A DNA stretch of 62,213 nt, counting the filler, from Stramenopiles sp. TOSAG23-6 (Eukaryota), in the NCBI GenBank assembly GCA_900128565.1. It is 28 parts of 28 records of this genome, joined end to end, with 100 filler letters (N's around TTAATTAATTAA, not from the genome) between each part and the next. Parts side by side here need not be neighbours in the genome. Positions count along the whole stretch, not along the records: positions 35,753 to 37,870 come from LT638285.1; positions 37,971 to 40,087 come from LT638286.1; positions 40,188 to 42,302 come from LT638287.1; positions 42,403 to 44,517 come from LT638288.1; positions 44,618 to 46,731 come from LT638289.1; positions 46,832 to 48,945 come from LT638290.1; positions 49,046 to 51,157 come from LT638291.1; 21 more parts are not named here. The stretch is one strand, 5' to 3'. A program made the position numbers and the translations under genes. Below the pieces are notes generated by a model. It had not been told where the DNA came from. It did no database searches and was given only the letters and a program-made list of their open reading frames with translations. This document shows positions 37,294 through 49,102 of the stretch, in pieces (position 1 is the first letter of the stretch; every line of letters starts with the position of its first letter).

Positions 37294-38039
37294 NNNNNNN
37301 NNNNNNNNNNNNNNNNNNNNNNNNNNNNNNNNNNNNNNNNNNNNNNNNNNNNNNNNNNNNNNNNNNNNNNNNNNNNNNNNNNNNNNNNNNNNNNNNNNNN
37401 NNNNNNNNNNNNNNNNNNNNNNNNNNNNNNNNNNNNNNNNNNNNNNNNNNNNNNNNNNNNNNNNNNNNNNNNNNNNNNNNNNNNTAAAAAAGAAAAAAAA
37501 ATTATTTTCTTAAATTTTAGGGATGTTTGAAAATTTTTTTCTGGTAGATTTTGAAATTTTTTTTTTTTTTTTTACAATGAAAAAAAAATTTTTTTTTTCA
37601 TGGAAATATATTGCTTATGTGTGTAGAAACAATCTGGCATTGAAAAAAAAAAAAATTATTTAGTCATTTCTAATATATTTTGACTTTAATAGTCAGGTCG
37701 GCCTAACTAACCCTAATCCGAAATTCTTTGTTTTTCTTTTTCTCTTCCCGCCTTTCCTTTCCATCTTCCATCATTCAATCTGCCATCAATCATCCATCAA
37801 TCAGCCATCAATCAATCTCCCATCAGTCATCCATCATTCTCTCCCTTCAATATCTCCAATATCTCCACCANNNNNNNNNNNNNNNNNNNNNNNNNNNNNN
37901 NNNNNNNNNNNNNNTTAATTAATTAANNNNNNNNNNNNNNNNNNNNNNNNNNNNNNNNNNNNNNNNNNNNAAAAAAAAAAAAAAAAAAAAAAGTGAAATT
38001 TTTTTTTTAAAATTAAAACAAAATTAAATCAAAAAAACC

Positions 38040-38983
38040 TACATATGACAAGTAAATGCAATGCTTTCTGTCGAATATAATGAGGACGGTATTGTAGCAT
38101 ACATGTATTGTACAAAAAATAGTCATTGTACAAAAAAAATAAAGTTAGGTACAATTTTTTAAAAAATTAAAAAAAAAAAAAAATTTAAATTTTTTTTTTT
38201 TTTGAAAAAAGTTAAATTTTTTTTTAAGTTAAATATGTACAATAACACCATACAAATACATAAGTGTAAAATTCCAATCAATGATGGTAATTTTGGTAAG
38301 ACTGGACATATTTCAGACAAAGCACCAAAATAGTGTTCGTACCAAATATTCTTACCTGACGCAAAATAACAACGATGTAAACAAAAATCTCTTGAAACTT
38401 CCGATCTTGATAAAATATGCGTTAATGCAATTTTAGCCATATTTCGTGTAAATGAAGTATTACACCAAAATAATTCATCAATCCAGTCAAAAATAATTTC
38501 ATTTGATTTATCAATTTGACACTTTAACAGTGATGTCATTGCTAGTAAAAACGATTTTTGAAATGTATTTAGGTACAAATTTTGTACCATTTTCGTTTTT
38601 TTTGTTTTTTTTGTGATTTCGTGTAAATAATTGGACCATCTTTGGTGTAAAATGGACCATAATTTAGCCGCAACTTCAGATGTAAAGGGAGCGTCCCAAG
38701 TATCACAGACATTTTGTATGTATTTTGGAAAAATATTTTTTTTTTTTTATAATTTTTTTGTTAGGTACAAAATTTACTACAAAAAAAAAATCGAATTTGA
38801 AAAAAAAAAACATACATACATCGACACAATTCGCATTGTAAGATTTGTAATGATTTCGTGTCATACGGTTCTAGACAATTTGGTGAAAAATATGTGAATG
38901 ATTTAAAAAATCTTTTTTTGTATGTTAGATAATTTTTTTTTTTTTTTTTTTTTTNTGAAAATTTTTTTTTTTTTTGGGAAAAA

Positions 38984-39015
<32 letters not shown>

Positions 39016-39400
39016 TGAAATTCATAATGAAAACACACATTGTGCTACATTGATCAATATAAAACACTGGCAAATGTAGTATCAGCTCTTCATCAACAGC
39101 AATGATGAATGCAACAAATCGATTTCGTATCGTTTGGTCATGACTGATAGGAATATTTTTCATTTCTGTGTTTTTCGTGTGATTAGGGTTAGGGTTAGGG
39201 TTAGGGTTATTCTGTACTTTTTTGTTGAATGTTCGAATTTGACCAATGAGGCTCAGCAGCTAATTTTGCAATATTTGAAAAAATTCGTGTCAATGCCGTT
39301 AGTAGTGCTCTTTGCCGACGTCGCTCTTTAACAATTTTACGGTTTTGTTTTTTATTTTTATTATTTGCATACCAAGCGGAAGCAACATATAAGATGAACA
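38040..39400 (-). CDS. Multi-exon gene fragment (possibly Furry/TAO3-like HEAT protein)
   Basis: IIFDWID...ALTHIL...LHRCY...YFGALSE; several minus-strand family introns; frames not fully resolved. Confidence 0.4.
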
Positions 39401-40279
39401 ATATTTTGAAGAAAAAATTAAAATATATTGTTAGGTACGAAATTTCCTACGAAACCAAAAAAAAAAAAAAAATTTTGAATTTGAAAAAAAAAAAAAAATA
39501 CATATATATAGTGAAAAAATATGCTTCAAGAATTTGATTTTTTTAGTTAGAAATACAAAAATTCATAATAAGGGTTAGGGTTATAATAAAAAATATACTT
39601 ATATGTAATTATAATATAACTATGAATGAGTTAGGGTTATAATGAAACACATATCATTATAAAACTCCATGCATTAAAAAAAAAAAAAATTAGAAATTNN
39701 NNNNNNNNNNNNNNNNNNNNNNNNNAAAAAAAAAAAAAAAAATGGGTAGGTACAAAAATTCGTACCAAAAAAAAAAAAAAATTGAAAAACATACATTTCA
39801 GAAACTCCCTTGGATTTCTACAATTTTCTTTATCATAGTTTTCTTCACCTTCTTCTAACCCTAACCCTAACTTTTTTTTGGTTTTTTTACTCTTTTTGTT
39901 TGTTTTTTTTGTCATCGACGAAGATGGAAATCCAAATTGTTTTTTTAAAAAAACTTTATTTGTGTTATCTAGATAAAGTGTGCTAGGTAATTGAATGTTT
40001 TGAAGCTCAGCATGTAAAGTTTCAGTGAAAAAATGGAAAAATTCTTGTGCATCTTGTTGATTATAACTACGAAATCTAGGAATAAATNNNNNNNNNNNNN
40101 NNNNNNNNNNNNNNNNNNNNNNNNNNNNNNNTTAATTAATTAANNNNNNNNNNNNNNNNNNNNNNNNNNNNNNNNNNNNNNNNNNNNTGAAAAATATGAT
40201 TTGATATTTGTTAGGTACAGAATTTCGTACCAAAAAAAAAAAATTGAAATTCATAATTAGGGTTAGGGTTTCAACAAAC

Positions 40280-41068
40280 ATGGCACGGTCTCTAGCTCCT
40301 TTCCATAATATTTGTAGAACTTCTTCTTCGTTATCGACTTGAACATTTGTTGCCTGAGGTACGAAAACACCACCTCCTTTTATTTCTTCTCTGATATCGA
40401 GACCTCCTCGGAGTTTCTTGGATTCTTCGTAACGCAAATATTGTGAAAAAATATTTCAAAAATTTGATTTTGTTTTCGTTAGGTACGGAATTTCCTATGA
40501 AAAAAAAAATACATTTGAAAGTGGAGAATACGTACAACAGATCGTAAATTCTCTCGTTATAAATCTCAAGATACGTACATTTGACTGTATAGGAAATGTC
40601 TCGTCGTTTTGAATTTAAAACTCGAAAAACTTCTTTCATAGCACGTGGAATAAGCCCCCACATATTCTTATTAGCAGCAAATTTATCAATGGAACTATCT
40701 TTCGTACTAGTATCCTCCCCCCATGAGTTCACACCAAGAATAGTATGTGTTTTACCAGTACCAGTTTGACCATATGCGAATATAGTACTATTATACCCTT
40801 CAAGAGCCGCTTTGATAAAAGGTCGTGTCGACGCGTACACTTCAGCCTGACTGGACGTATCACTAAAGACGCGATCAAATTGGTGGCACCGAATCTGTTT
40901 TGGGTTTGAGTTGAACTTTCCACGCTGAGCTACTCGAACAAACTGTGAGCCTGATACTGTGATTGCCTTTGTAACACCTGCATTAACTTCACGCTCTATC
41001 AATGGACGTACCCGGGCAACCACTTTAATGGTCTCTGCAACATTTCCACTTTCACATCGCTGCTTCAT
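40280..41068 (-). CDS. Kinesin motor, N-terminal exons (intron 40436-40535, GT...TT)
   Basis: IKVVARVRPL, FDRVF, GYNSTIFAYGQTGTGKTHT, YLEIYNERIYDLL|RYEE...LDIREE; CTG TT|GTACGT...CACAATATTT|G CGT. Confidence 0.95.
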
Positions 41069-41279
41069 TATGATTAAATAGGTTAGATTCCTTAAGGATA
41101 AATCGTTATTTTTTGTATTTTTTTTCGGAAAAGCGAATTTGAAATTATTTTTTTATTCAAAAACTGCCCACGAAATCTCGAAGTTTTCGTTTTGACATCA
41201 TCCATCAAATCTGGCCAAAAAAAGAGTGACTCTTTCAAAAGAGAGTAAAGAACACAAAAGAGAAAGAAAGCCCCAAGAA

Positions 41280-42302
41280 ATGACATGGCCTATTGGAACC
41301 TTTGAATGCGTTTACACTACTCGAAAGAAACAGAAAAACAAAAGATGGAAGGATGGATATGCGCGCATTACTGAATCGGGCACTCTTCAACTTTTCAAAC
41401 AAAAGAACGATCTAGAAGCAAGACGCTCAATCGATTCTCTTAAGCTTGGAAAACAAAGTGAATGTGGTCTGACTGCAAATATTTTAGCTGAACGGGAAAC
41501 AGAATTCGACACTGATCCAGATCATTCACATAAAGGACATCTTGTAATGTTGAGTGTTTTGTTGGATAGTGCGGATGTAACTTCTCATGTTTCTCAAAGT
41601 TACTCCAATTCACAAAGTGAGAGTGTCGGAACAAATAGAACAGTTCAAGGTAAAATTAAATATCGCCGTCCATTCCTTCGACCAAAGTTACACAAACCAC
41701 TACATAGCAACACCAACACTATTCAGAAACCTAAATATTCCAAAGTTCATCGTAATAGATTTCATCCTCCAAGAAGAAATTTGGTAGAGCACCATGACGT
41801 TCAACAGCAATGTACTTTGAATCAGTCTCAACAGTTTTTGAATCAGCCTCAACAGTTTTCAAATCCAGTAGTACGACAGCGTCATTATTCAGTAAATCAA
41901 AAACTGCACCAATATGACCAACCTCAACAACAATATCAACAACAGCAACAACATCAACAGTTTCAACAACAATATCAACAACAGCAACAACAACAACAGT
42001 TTCAACAACAATATCAACAACAGCAACAATATCAACAACAGCAACAATATCAACAACAGCAACAAGATAATAATACAACTTCAACAAATGTGACGTTCAA
42101 TGATGATCTATCATTTATAACTGCCGTACATAATAATCAGGAGATTCCTTTGTTTGACTCAAAACCAAATTCAAATTTATATACAAAATTTAATAATGAT
42201 TTGGATCCAAATTTTCAAAATACAATTCAAATGACAGACACTAATAGTTTTCAAAATACAATTCAAATGACAGACACTAATAGTTTTCAAAATACAATTC
42301 AA
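41280..42302 (+). CDS. DUF2439 (ZGRF1-like N-terminal) protein with polyQ
   Basis: FECVYTTRKKQKNKRWKDG is the DUF2439 signature; Gln-rich tract 41920-42065. Confidence 0.75.
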
Positions 42303-42455
42303 NNNNNNNNNNNNNNNNNNNNNNNNNNNNNNNNNNNNNNNNNNNNTTAATTAATTAANNNNNNNNNNNNNNNNNNNNNNNNNNNNNNNNNNNNNNNNNN
42401 NNGTACGAAATTTTGTACCTAACGATTTTTTTTGAAATATTTTTCCAAAATACAT

Positions 42456-43069
42456 ACTGAAGACCGAGATGTAACGTTTGAGAGAGGTATTGTTCATAGT
42501 GACGAGGCAGCTGTTCTACCAAAACAATTTAAAGATGTAGGCTTAAGTTTTTTGAAAATTGAATTTCGCATTTGTTTTTTTAAAGAAAATTTTGTACCTA
42601 ACAAATTTTTTGACTAGAAAAAAACATTTTTTTACAATATATGACCTTTGTGAGTGTAGAGTTAGATAAAGAGGATGGTAATAATTTAGAAAACACCTTT
42701 ATAATATCTAGTTGGTGCCCATCGGCACAAAATGTAAAACAAAAACCAAGTATGCTCGTCACGTACAACGCCAAGGAAAAGACTGAAAATATTGATTCTG
42801 ATTGGACAGTTACTTCCCGTGAAGGTCATCCTTGTCTAACTTCACGACAAATGATGAGTACATCTCTCCTTTGGCCTTGGATGCAAGGGAATCGTAATGG
42901 TCGTGTATATTTTTGTGGATCAGCTATTACACCAGGAAATGGGCATGATTTATCATTGCTTTCAGGTATGGTCATTGCATGTGAGTTGGGTGTACCGTTT
43001 CCATTTGATGAAAATAGTGAAGCGAAGAGTGACTTTGAAAAATTAAGGTATTTAATGTTGAGCAAATAA
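42456..43069 (+). CDS. FAD/NAD-dependent oxidoreductase-like C-terminus
   Basis: MQGNRNGRVYFCGSAITPGNGHDLSLLSGMVIACELGVPFPF. Confidence 0.6.
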
Positions 43070-43215
43070 TATGTTTTTACTAGAAAAGTGAAGTGTAAAA
43101 ATATAGTTCTAATCGTACTTTCATGTGTTTATTCTGTAATAAATCATAAACTCAATTCTAGTATTGGAATCACTCTAGTGGAAATCAAAATTGATTTTTC
43201 AAAAAAAAACTTTCA

Positions 43216-44319
43216 TCAACCATCGCTATAGTATAACTCTTCATAACATCCTAAAGGTATTGGCACAATGGTAGCTTTACCTGCAGTTATTTGAACGCCG
43301 TCTAATGCAATGCTCTCATATCCATTTGTATGATCTCCAAGGATGTAAAGTCCCGATAAACGCTTCAGTACCTGTACCATCTCGCAAGCACTTGGAGGAG
43401 TCCAAGAGACTTGAGTATTTTCAGAATCTTTTAACCATTCTGACTCTACAAGTGGAATAACAATTTCTTTCGTAGAACCATCGAAATGAGATGTCAATTT
43501 CGATGTAGGGTAGTGTAGTCGAATACCTTTGTTGTTTGATATATTGCACTTTTCACATTCCAACATCACGAAGCTGTCATTTTCCAACTTTTTAGTGAAA
43601 TCCCCAGCAGCCGATCCCAAGGTGAAACGAAGTTCACCTCCATAAGCAGCGACTCTATCACCAGAAAACTTAGGGGGAGCTTTAAAATACCATTTTGTCA
43701 TATCATTTCCTGTGCTATCAAGATTTATTTCACCTTCTTCAGCAATGATAAATCCGCTCATCTGGCCTCTACTATATGAGTTCCATTTGGCAGCTTCGCT
43801 TTTTTGATTAACAACCTCGTGAACAACCTCCCACTTATCTGAACTACGACGGAAAAAGGAAGCAACAAGTATTCGATTACTGTTAAGAAAGCAAACGCGA
43901 CTTGGATATGAAGTAACATTTGTTTGATCAAAGGCTTGGTACTGGAAACAATCGTGAGGTTCTTCAGTAGGTGCCACGCTGTTTTCGTTTGGAGAATAAA
44001 TCAAAGATGTAGACGGACAACTTATTGTCGCTGAATCATCGGTGAAATTTTCTATATGATCAGTCTGCTTTGGCGGGAATCTGTAATTACAGTAATTAAC
44101 CTCAGGATGGGCAACCTTTCCCGATTTTGGGAGTCCAAGCAATCTGAACTCAATTTTTCTATAGGGTTTTGAATATCCTTTTAATTCCACATCAATCTCG
44201 TCACCTTTTTCTACAACGTAAACGAGTTCCCTTACTAAAATATCCGAGGAAATTGCTGCTACAAATGATACAGAAAGATTGATAATTGTTAAAAGCATAC
44301 TAGTATTGAAACGGCTCAT
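43216..44319 (-). CDS. Secreted laminin IV (laminin B) domain protein
   Basis: Signal peptide; WYFKAPPKFSGDRVAAYGGELRFTL...VLKRLSGLYILGD. Confidence 0.8.
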   Translation of the reverse strand: MSRFNTSMLLTIINLSVSFVAAISSDILVRELVYVVEKGDEIDVELKGYSKPYRKIEFRLLGLPKSGKVAHPEVNYCNYRFPPKQTDHIENFTDDSATISCPSTSLIYSPNENSVAPTEEPHDCFQYQAFDQTNVTSYPSRVCFLNSNRILVASFFRRSSDKWEVVHEVVNQKSEAAKWNSYSRGQMSGFIIAEEGEINLDSTGNDMTKWYFKAPPKFSGDRVAAYGGELRFTLGSAAGDFTKKLENDSFVMLECEKCNISNNKGIRLHYPTSKLTSHFDGSTKEIVIPLVESEWLKDSENTQVSWTPPSACEMVQVLKRLSGLYILGDHTNGYESIALDGVQITAGKATIVPIPLGCYEELYYSDG

Positions 44320-45149
44320 TTCTACACAATTTTTACAACTAGAAATGTGCTTTATTCAGTTGAGCTACAGTAGTGTACTTGTCTAAAAAAAGGTTACGTT
44401 GACAATCCCAGACCTGTGTCAAAAAAAGAAAGATTTCAAAAGAATGTTACCCGGTACACCAAAGAATTCTAATTTTGCATAAAAATTTAATATTGCATAA
44501 ATGTTGTTTTTCAATGTNNNNNNNNNNNNNNNNNNNNNNNNNNNNNNNNNNNNNNNNNNNNTTAATTAATTAANNNNNNNNNNNNNNNNNNNNNNNNNNN
44601 NNNNNNNNNNNNNNNNNATCAGCAAAAGACTATGAGCAACTTAGAAAGAGAGATGAAATCAAACCAAAAACCTCAGATGGTACGCAGTACATCAGGAGCG
44701 CAACTTCCAAACACCTCAGGAGAATATGAAAATGAAACAAATACAACCAAATTAGTTATACGTAGAGCCAGAAATCGTGCGAAAGTCGCAAATGCGAGAG
44801 CAAAGCTTTTGGAAGAAGAGGCTGAAAAGGAATGGCAAACAAAGAAAATAATGAAAATAATGAAAATGAATCTGAAAACCAATGCACTGAAGATATTCAT
44901 TCCACAAAAACAAATAGCAGGTCAAAGCAAAAACGTTGGATGAAGCGAATACAAGATCAACACACTGCACTTATATGATTGACTTGGCTAAACTTGTAGG
45001 AAATTGAAATTTTTTGTATTATCCATTATTAGCATTCGGACCTATATGTATATGACTAATAAACATCAAACTATTTTTTCTTTATTTTGAATTCTTCTTA
45101 TGAATTAAAAAAATCTTTTTTGTACGAAACTTTGTACCTAACAATTGTT

Positions 45150-46731
45150 TTAAAATCGTTTTGTTGTGTCACCTTCTTCACGCAATGCAGTTTCTAAACG
45201 CTTAAAATAATCTTTTTGTGCAGGACTACTAAAAGCTGATTTCATCTGTTTACTACTCGTTGCATTTAATAAAGCAGCTTTATGTGTTCCATCGAATTGC
45301 TTCATCCAACGATTGCATTTATTGTGAAAAATATTTTTAGAAAAAAAAACTTCGTTAGATACGAAATTTTCAATGAAACAAAAATCAAGTAAAAATTCAT
45401 AATGAAAACATACTATAGCTTAAACTTAATCTTGCTAATCTACGACCATTTTGTGAACTTACACAGGCTTGTTGAAAATTTTCTAGGGCAAGCTGTCCAA
45501 CTGCAAGATTATGATAGGCTACAGCAACCATGCATATCTTTTCACTTTTACTCCCACCCAAACCTTCCAATTTTCCTGATTCTACTAAAGCAATGACTGA
45601 ACCAGCAACTTTAACGCTCTCATGCTGTTTGTTCTCAGCAGATAATAATGCTGCCATATGTAATTTACACTTTGCAACGTGGTGCCATTGACCTTGTTGA
45701 GCGTGTGTTTTAATAGCTTTTTGTAAATACTGAATACCTGCAGTTGGTTTATGCCTTTTATAATAGTAATGTGCATAACAATCTTGTATGAAGGCGCGAA
45801 GTTCTTTGCGCTCTGCTGAAAACAGAATATCCTGTTTGCTTATCAAAGAATTTGCTTTCTGTAACATTTTCAGTGCCTTCCCAAACAAACTTGCGTCTGT
45901 ATATTTTTTGGAAAATATTGTAGCTGCAACGATTAATTGTCTATATTGTCGTCGCATCAATGGCATCGTATCACCAGTGATATTAAATAAATAAGCAAGT
46001 AATAAAGCCTCAACAATTCCAATATATTTACCATATTGACCTGCTGACTCCAAAGCCCTCAATTCAGTACATAATTTATGAGAACAACTTACATCTGTCA
46101 TGTCGATAGGCTGCCCTGTTCCATCTGCTGCCAAAGCACACCAAACTGCTTTTGTTTGTCCTGCGCCAGAAAACCATATATGTTTGCGGCGAATTTTCAC
46201 CTCCATATCAGCAAAACCTTTCCAAATGACACCAGGCTTTTCCTTATCCAATTTTGCAAATTTCATGGACTTTTTAGCTACATTCCTGGAATTCTTATTT
46301 TTGTTCTGCTTTTGCCGTGCCATCGTCTTTCTAGATCCACTTTGTTTTATATTCATTGTTTTCTTAATATTCGCGCGATAAATAGTCATTATATTTCGAG
46401 CCATTTCATTCTCCCACTCGTCTACTTGTAAAGCTTTAGCAGTCGACGTTCCTACCGTTTTTGAACCACGTCTACTTGCAACCTTTCTTTTGATACCATG
46501 TTCTTTATTATTATATGTCCTTTCATGTTTTACAACATTTGGATTATTATTACTTTTACTTACTATTTTTTTCACACTTATATCTTGCTGTTTTTTATTA
46601 TTTGGAATTCTTTTAGTATTTTGTTCAATTGTTTTGGAGTCATCTTCTTGTAAAGATGATAATGTCAAAGGTATATCAGTGGAATATCCACTTCTTTTTC
46701 TTGTATTATGCAAGCCTGGGACTTGACCTCT
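45150..46731 (-). CDS. TPR-like hypothetical protein (intron 45317-45413, GT...AT)
   Basis: TPR-like helices (AVAYHNLAVGQL); TAT A|GTATGT...CAATAAAT|GC AAT CGT TGG gives SYSNRW, while the shifted junction gives TAA. Confidence 0.75.
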
Positions 46732-46831
46732 NNNNNNNNNNNNNNNNNNNNNNNNNNNNNNNNNNNNNNNNNNNNTTAATTAATTAANNNNNNNNNNNNN
46801 NNNNNNNNNNNNNNNNNNNNNNNNNNNNNNN

Positions 46832-47997
46832 TGCAAATATTGCAAAACAATCTCAAAATCGGCGCACCAATCCAACAAAGAAGAAGACAAAAGGTCGACG
46901 TAGATCATCTGGAGGAAATTCTACTGATGCTCGAAATAATCGTCTTGCAAAATGTACGGCTGATGTTTTATCTGTTACATTTGGTACGACCCTGGCTCCT
47001 TTTCATTTATGTAGCAAATGTTTTGCTCGTCAAAAAAAACGGAATAGTAAATTTGAATCAAGTCGCACTAATACAAAAAAGACTTTATTTTTGATACCTA
47101 ATAAAAATAGAGATGGGNNNNNNNNNNNNNNNNNNNNNNNNNNNNNNNNNNNNNNNNNNNNNNNNNNNNNNNNNNNNNNNNNNNNNNNNNNNNNNNNNNN
47201 NNNNNNNNNNNNNNNNNNNNNNNNNNNNNNNNNNNNNNNNNNNNNNNNNNNNNNNNNNNNNNNNNNNNNNNNGTCCTTTTGTTCTGAAAAAGACGGAGAA
47301 TGGATCACCTGCTAAGAATAAGAAAGACTCTTGTGCTATTATTAAAAAATCAACAATTGACTTCGATATCATTCGACCATGTCCTTTACTTGAAGTTCGA
47401 AGAGATTTACTTCACTTTTGGTCTTCAAATCATCTTCAATTTGATACTATCAGAAGAGCTAAATGGTCGACTATGCTTTTTTTAGATGAAGTCATGAATA
47501 ATTTTTCATCAGATAAGTCTTTAGTATGCACTAGTAGTACGACTTCATCAACAGTGTATAATAATAGTTTTGTTATTCTATGTGAATCATGTCGAGTTCC
47601 TATTTTAAACGGAGTCTGCTGGACAATGCCCGATACAAGGACTGACGCAGGTTGTATAACATCATCAAGTAACGTATTAGATGATGGCAAACCTCGCATT
47701 TGTTATAATTGTATGTGTATATTGAATGAAATTGCCGATGATGTGAAGGATTTACCTCCACTTGAAATCAAAGAAGATATTCCATTAAAAATTGTCAAAA
47801 CGGGTAAAAATGCAAAGCGCAAGGTGAACCGCCCAAGGCCAAGAATTTTTGATGTGACTTCCACCTCTGGTGTTAATGCAGAGTTAGCTAAAAAGAATGG
47901 TATATTAGGTGGGTTAAATATAAGAACGATTTCGATCAAAGATCTTGTAATGTGTTCATTAAAAGTTTCGCCGTTTCAACTCTTACTAAAAGATTGA
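46832..47997 (+). CDS. CBP/p300-type histone acetyltransferase, C-terminal part
   Basis: LEVRRDLLHFWSSNHLQFDTIRRAKWSTMLFL matches the end of the KAT11 HAT domain; followed by a ZZ-like CxxC...CxxC. Confidence 0.75.
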
Positions 47998-48405
47998 ACC
48001 TTTAAATAATTATTAAAATAAAAAACCAAATTGAATGTAATATATCCTACTTCCTAAAAACACGAAACCAAACCAATAAATTTATAGCTCTATTTTTTGT
48101 TGTTGTTTACATAAACAGTCAGTGCGGCACACGTGTCTCTCACATACATCCTACTACTACTTTTGCACAGCGACAGAGCTACATTTTCAGCGTCCCATAT
48201 ATAATGAAGTTTAATTGATTCTATCGCTTCACATTGTTAAAGTCATATCTTGTGCAATGTTGGGTTTGGTCCTAAAGTCACGTCATGTAGGTTTGAAGAG
48301 TCTGTTGACACGCGTGTTACCCATACAATGTGTAACCTTACCCACCAAGTCNNNNNNNNNNNNNNNNNNNNNNNNNNNNNNNNNNNNNNNNNNNNNNNNN
48401 NNNNN

Positions 48406-48945
48406 CTTTGTCTTCGGGTACTGGTCGTGCGGGTGTTGCTGTGATTCGAATATCTGGCCCAGATTCATTTCCAGTGTTACGACGGTTGCTTGGTAAAAAA
48501 CAGAGCATTCCGGCTACACGAAAGGCGTGTACACGCAAGTTGTTACATCCAAACACTTTCGAGTTATTAGACAGAGCAATGGTTCTTGTTTTTGAAGGAC
48601 CTAAAAGTTTTACTGGTGAAAATGTTGTTGAACTTTTTGACTGCTGTTGAAGGTGTGGCGGATTTATTAGAAGCTGAAACTGAACTTCAGAGACGTCAAG
48701 CCCTGCGGCAAATGGAGGGCGAGTTAGAAAATTTATATGAAGGTTGGCGATCAAATCTAATTGATTGTCTTGCATATACTGAAGCAGTCATCGATTTTTC
48801 CGACGATGAGACAACAGACGATGTAGATGAAAGTGCATTTATTGAAATTTTGCCAAAAGTGAAAGAAATTCGTGATACAATTATGAACTATTTGAAAGAT
48901 CGTAATCGAGGTGAAATTTTGCGTTCTGGTGCTCAAGTGGCTTTA
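48406..48945 (+). CDS. GTPBP3: tRNA modification GTPase MnmE/GTPBP3, with an apparent internal deletion and frameshift near 48640
   Basis: LSSGTGRAGVAVIRISGP...FEGPKSFTGENVVE; then, in another frame, EGVADLLEAETELQRRQAL...EAVIDF. Confidence 0.85.
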
Positions 48946-49102
48946 NNNNNNNNNNNNNNNNNNNNNNNNNNNNNNNNNNNNNNNNNNNNTTAATTAATTA
49001 ANNNNNNNNNNNNNNNNNNNNNNNNNNNNNNNNNNNNNNNNNNNNATTTTGTACCTAACAAATTTAAGTTTTTTTTTTTTGAAATATTTTTCCAAAACAC
49101 TT

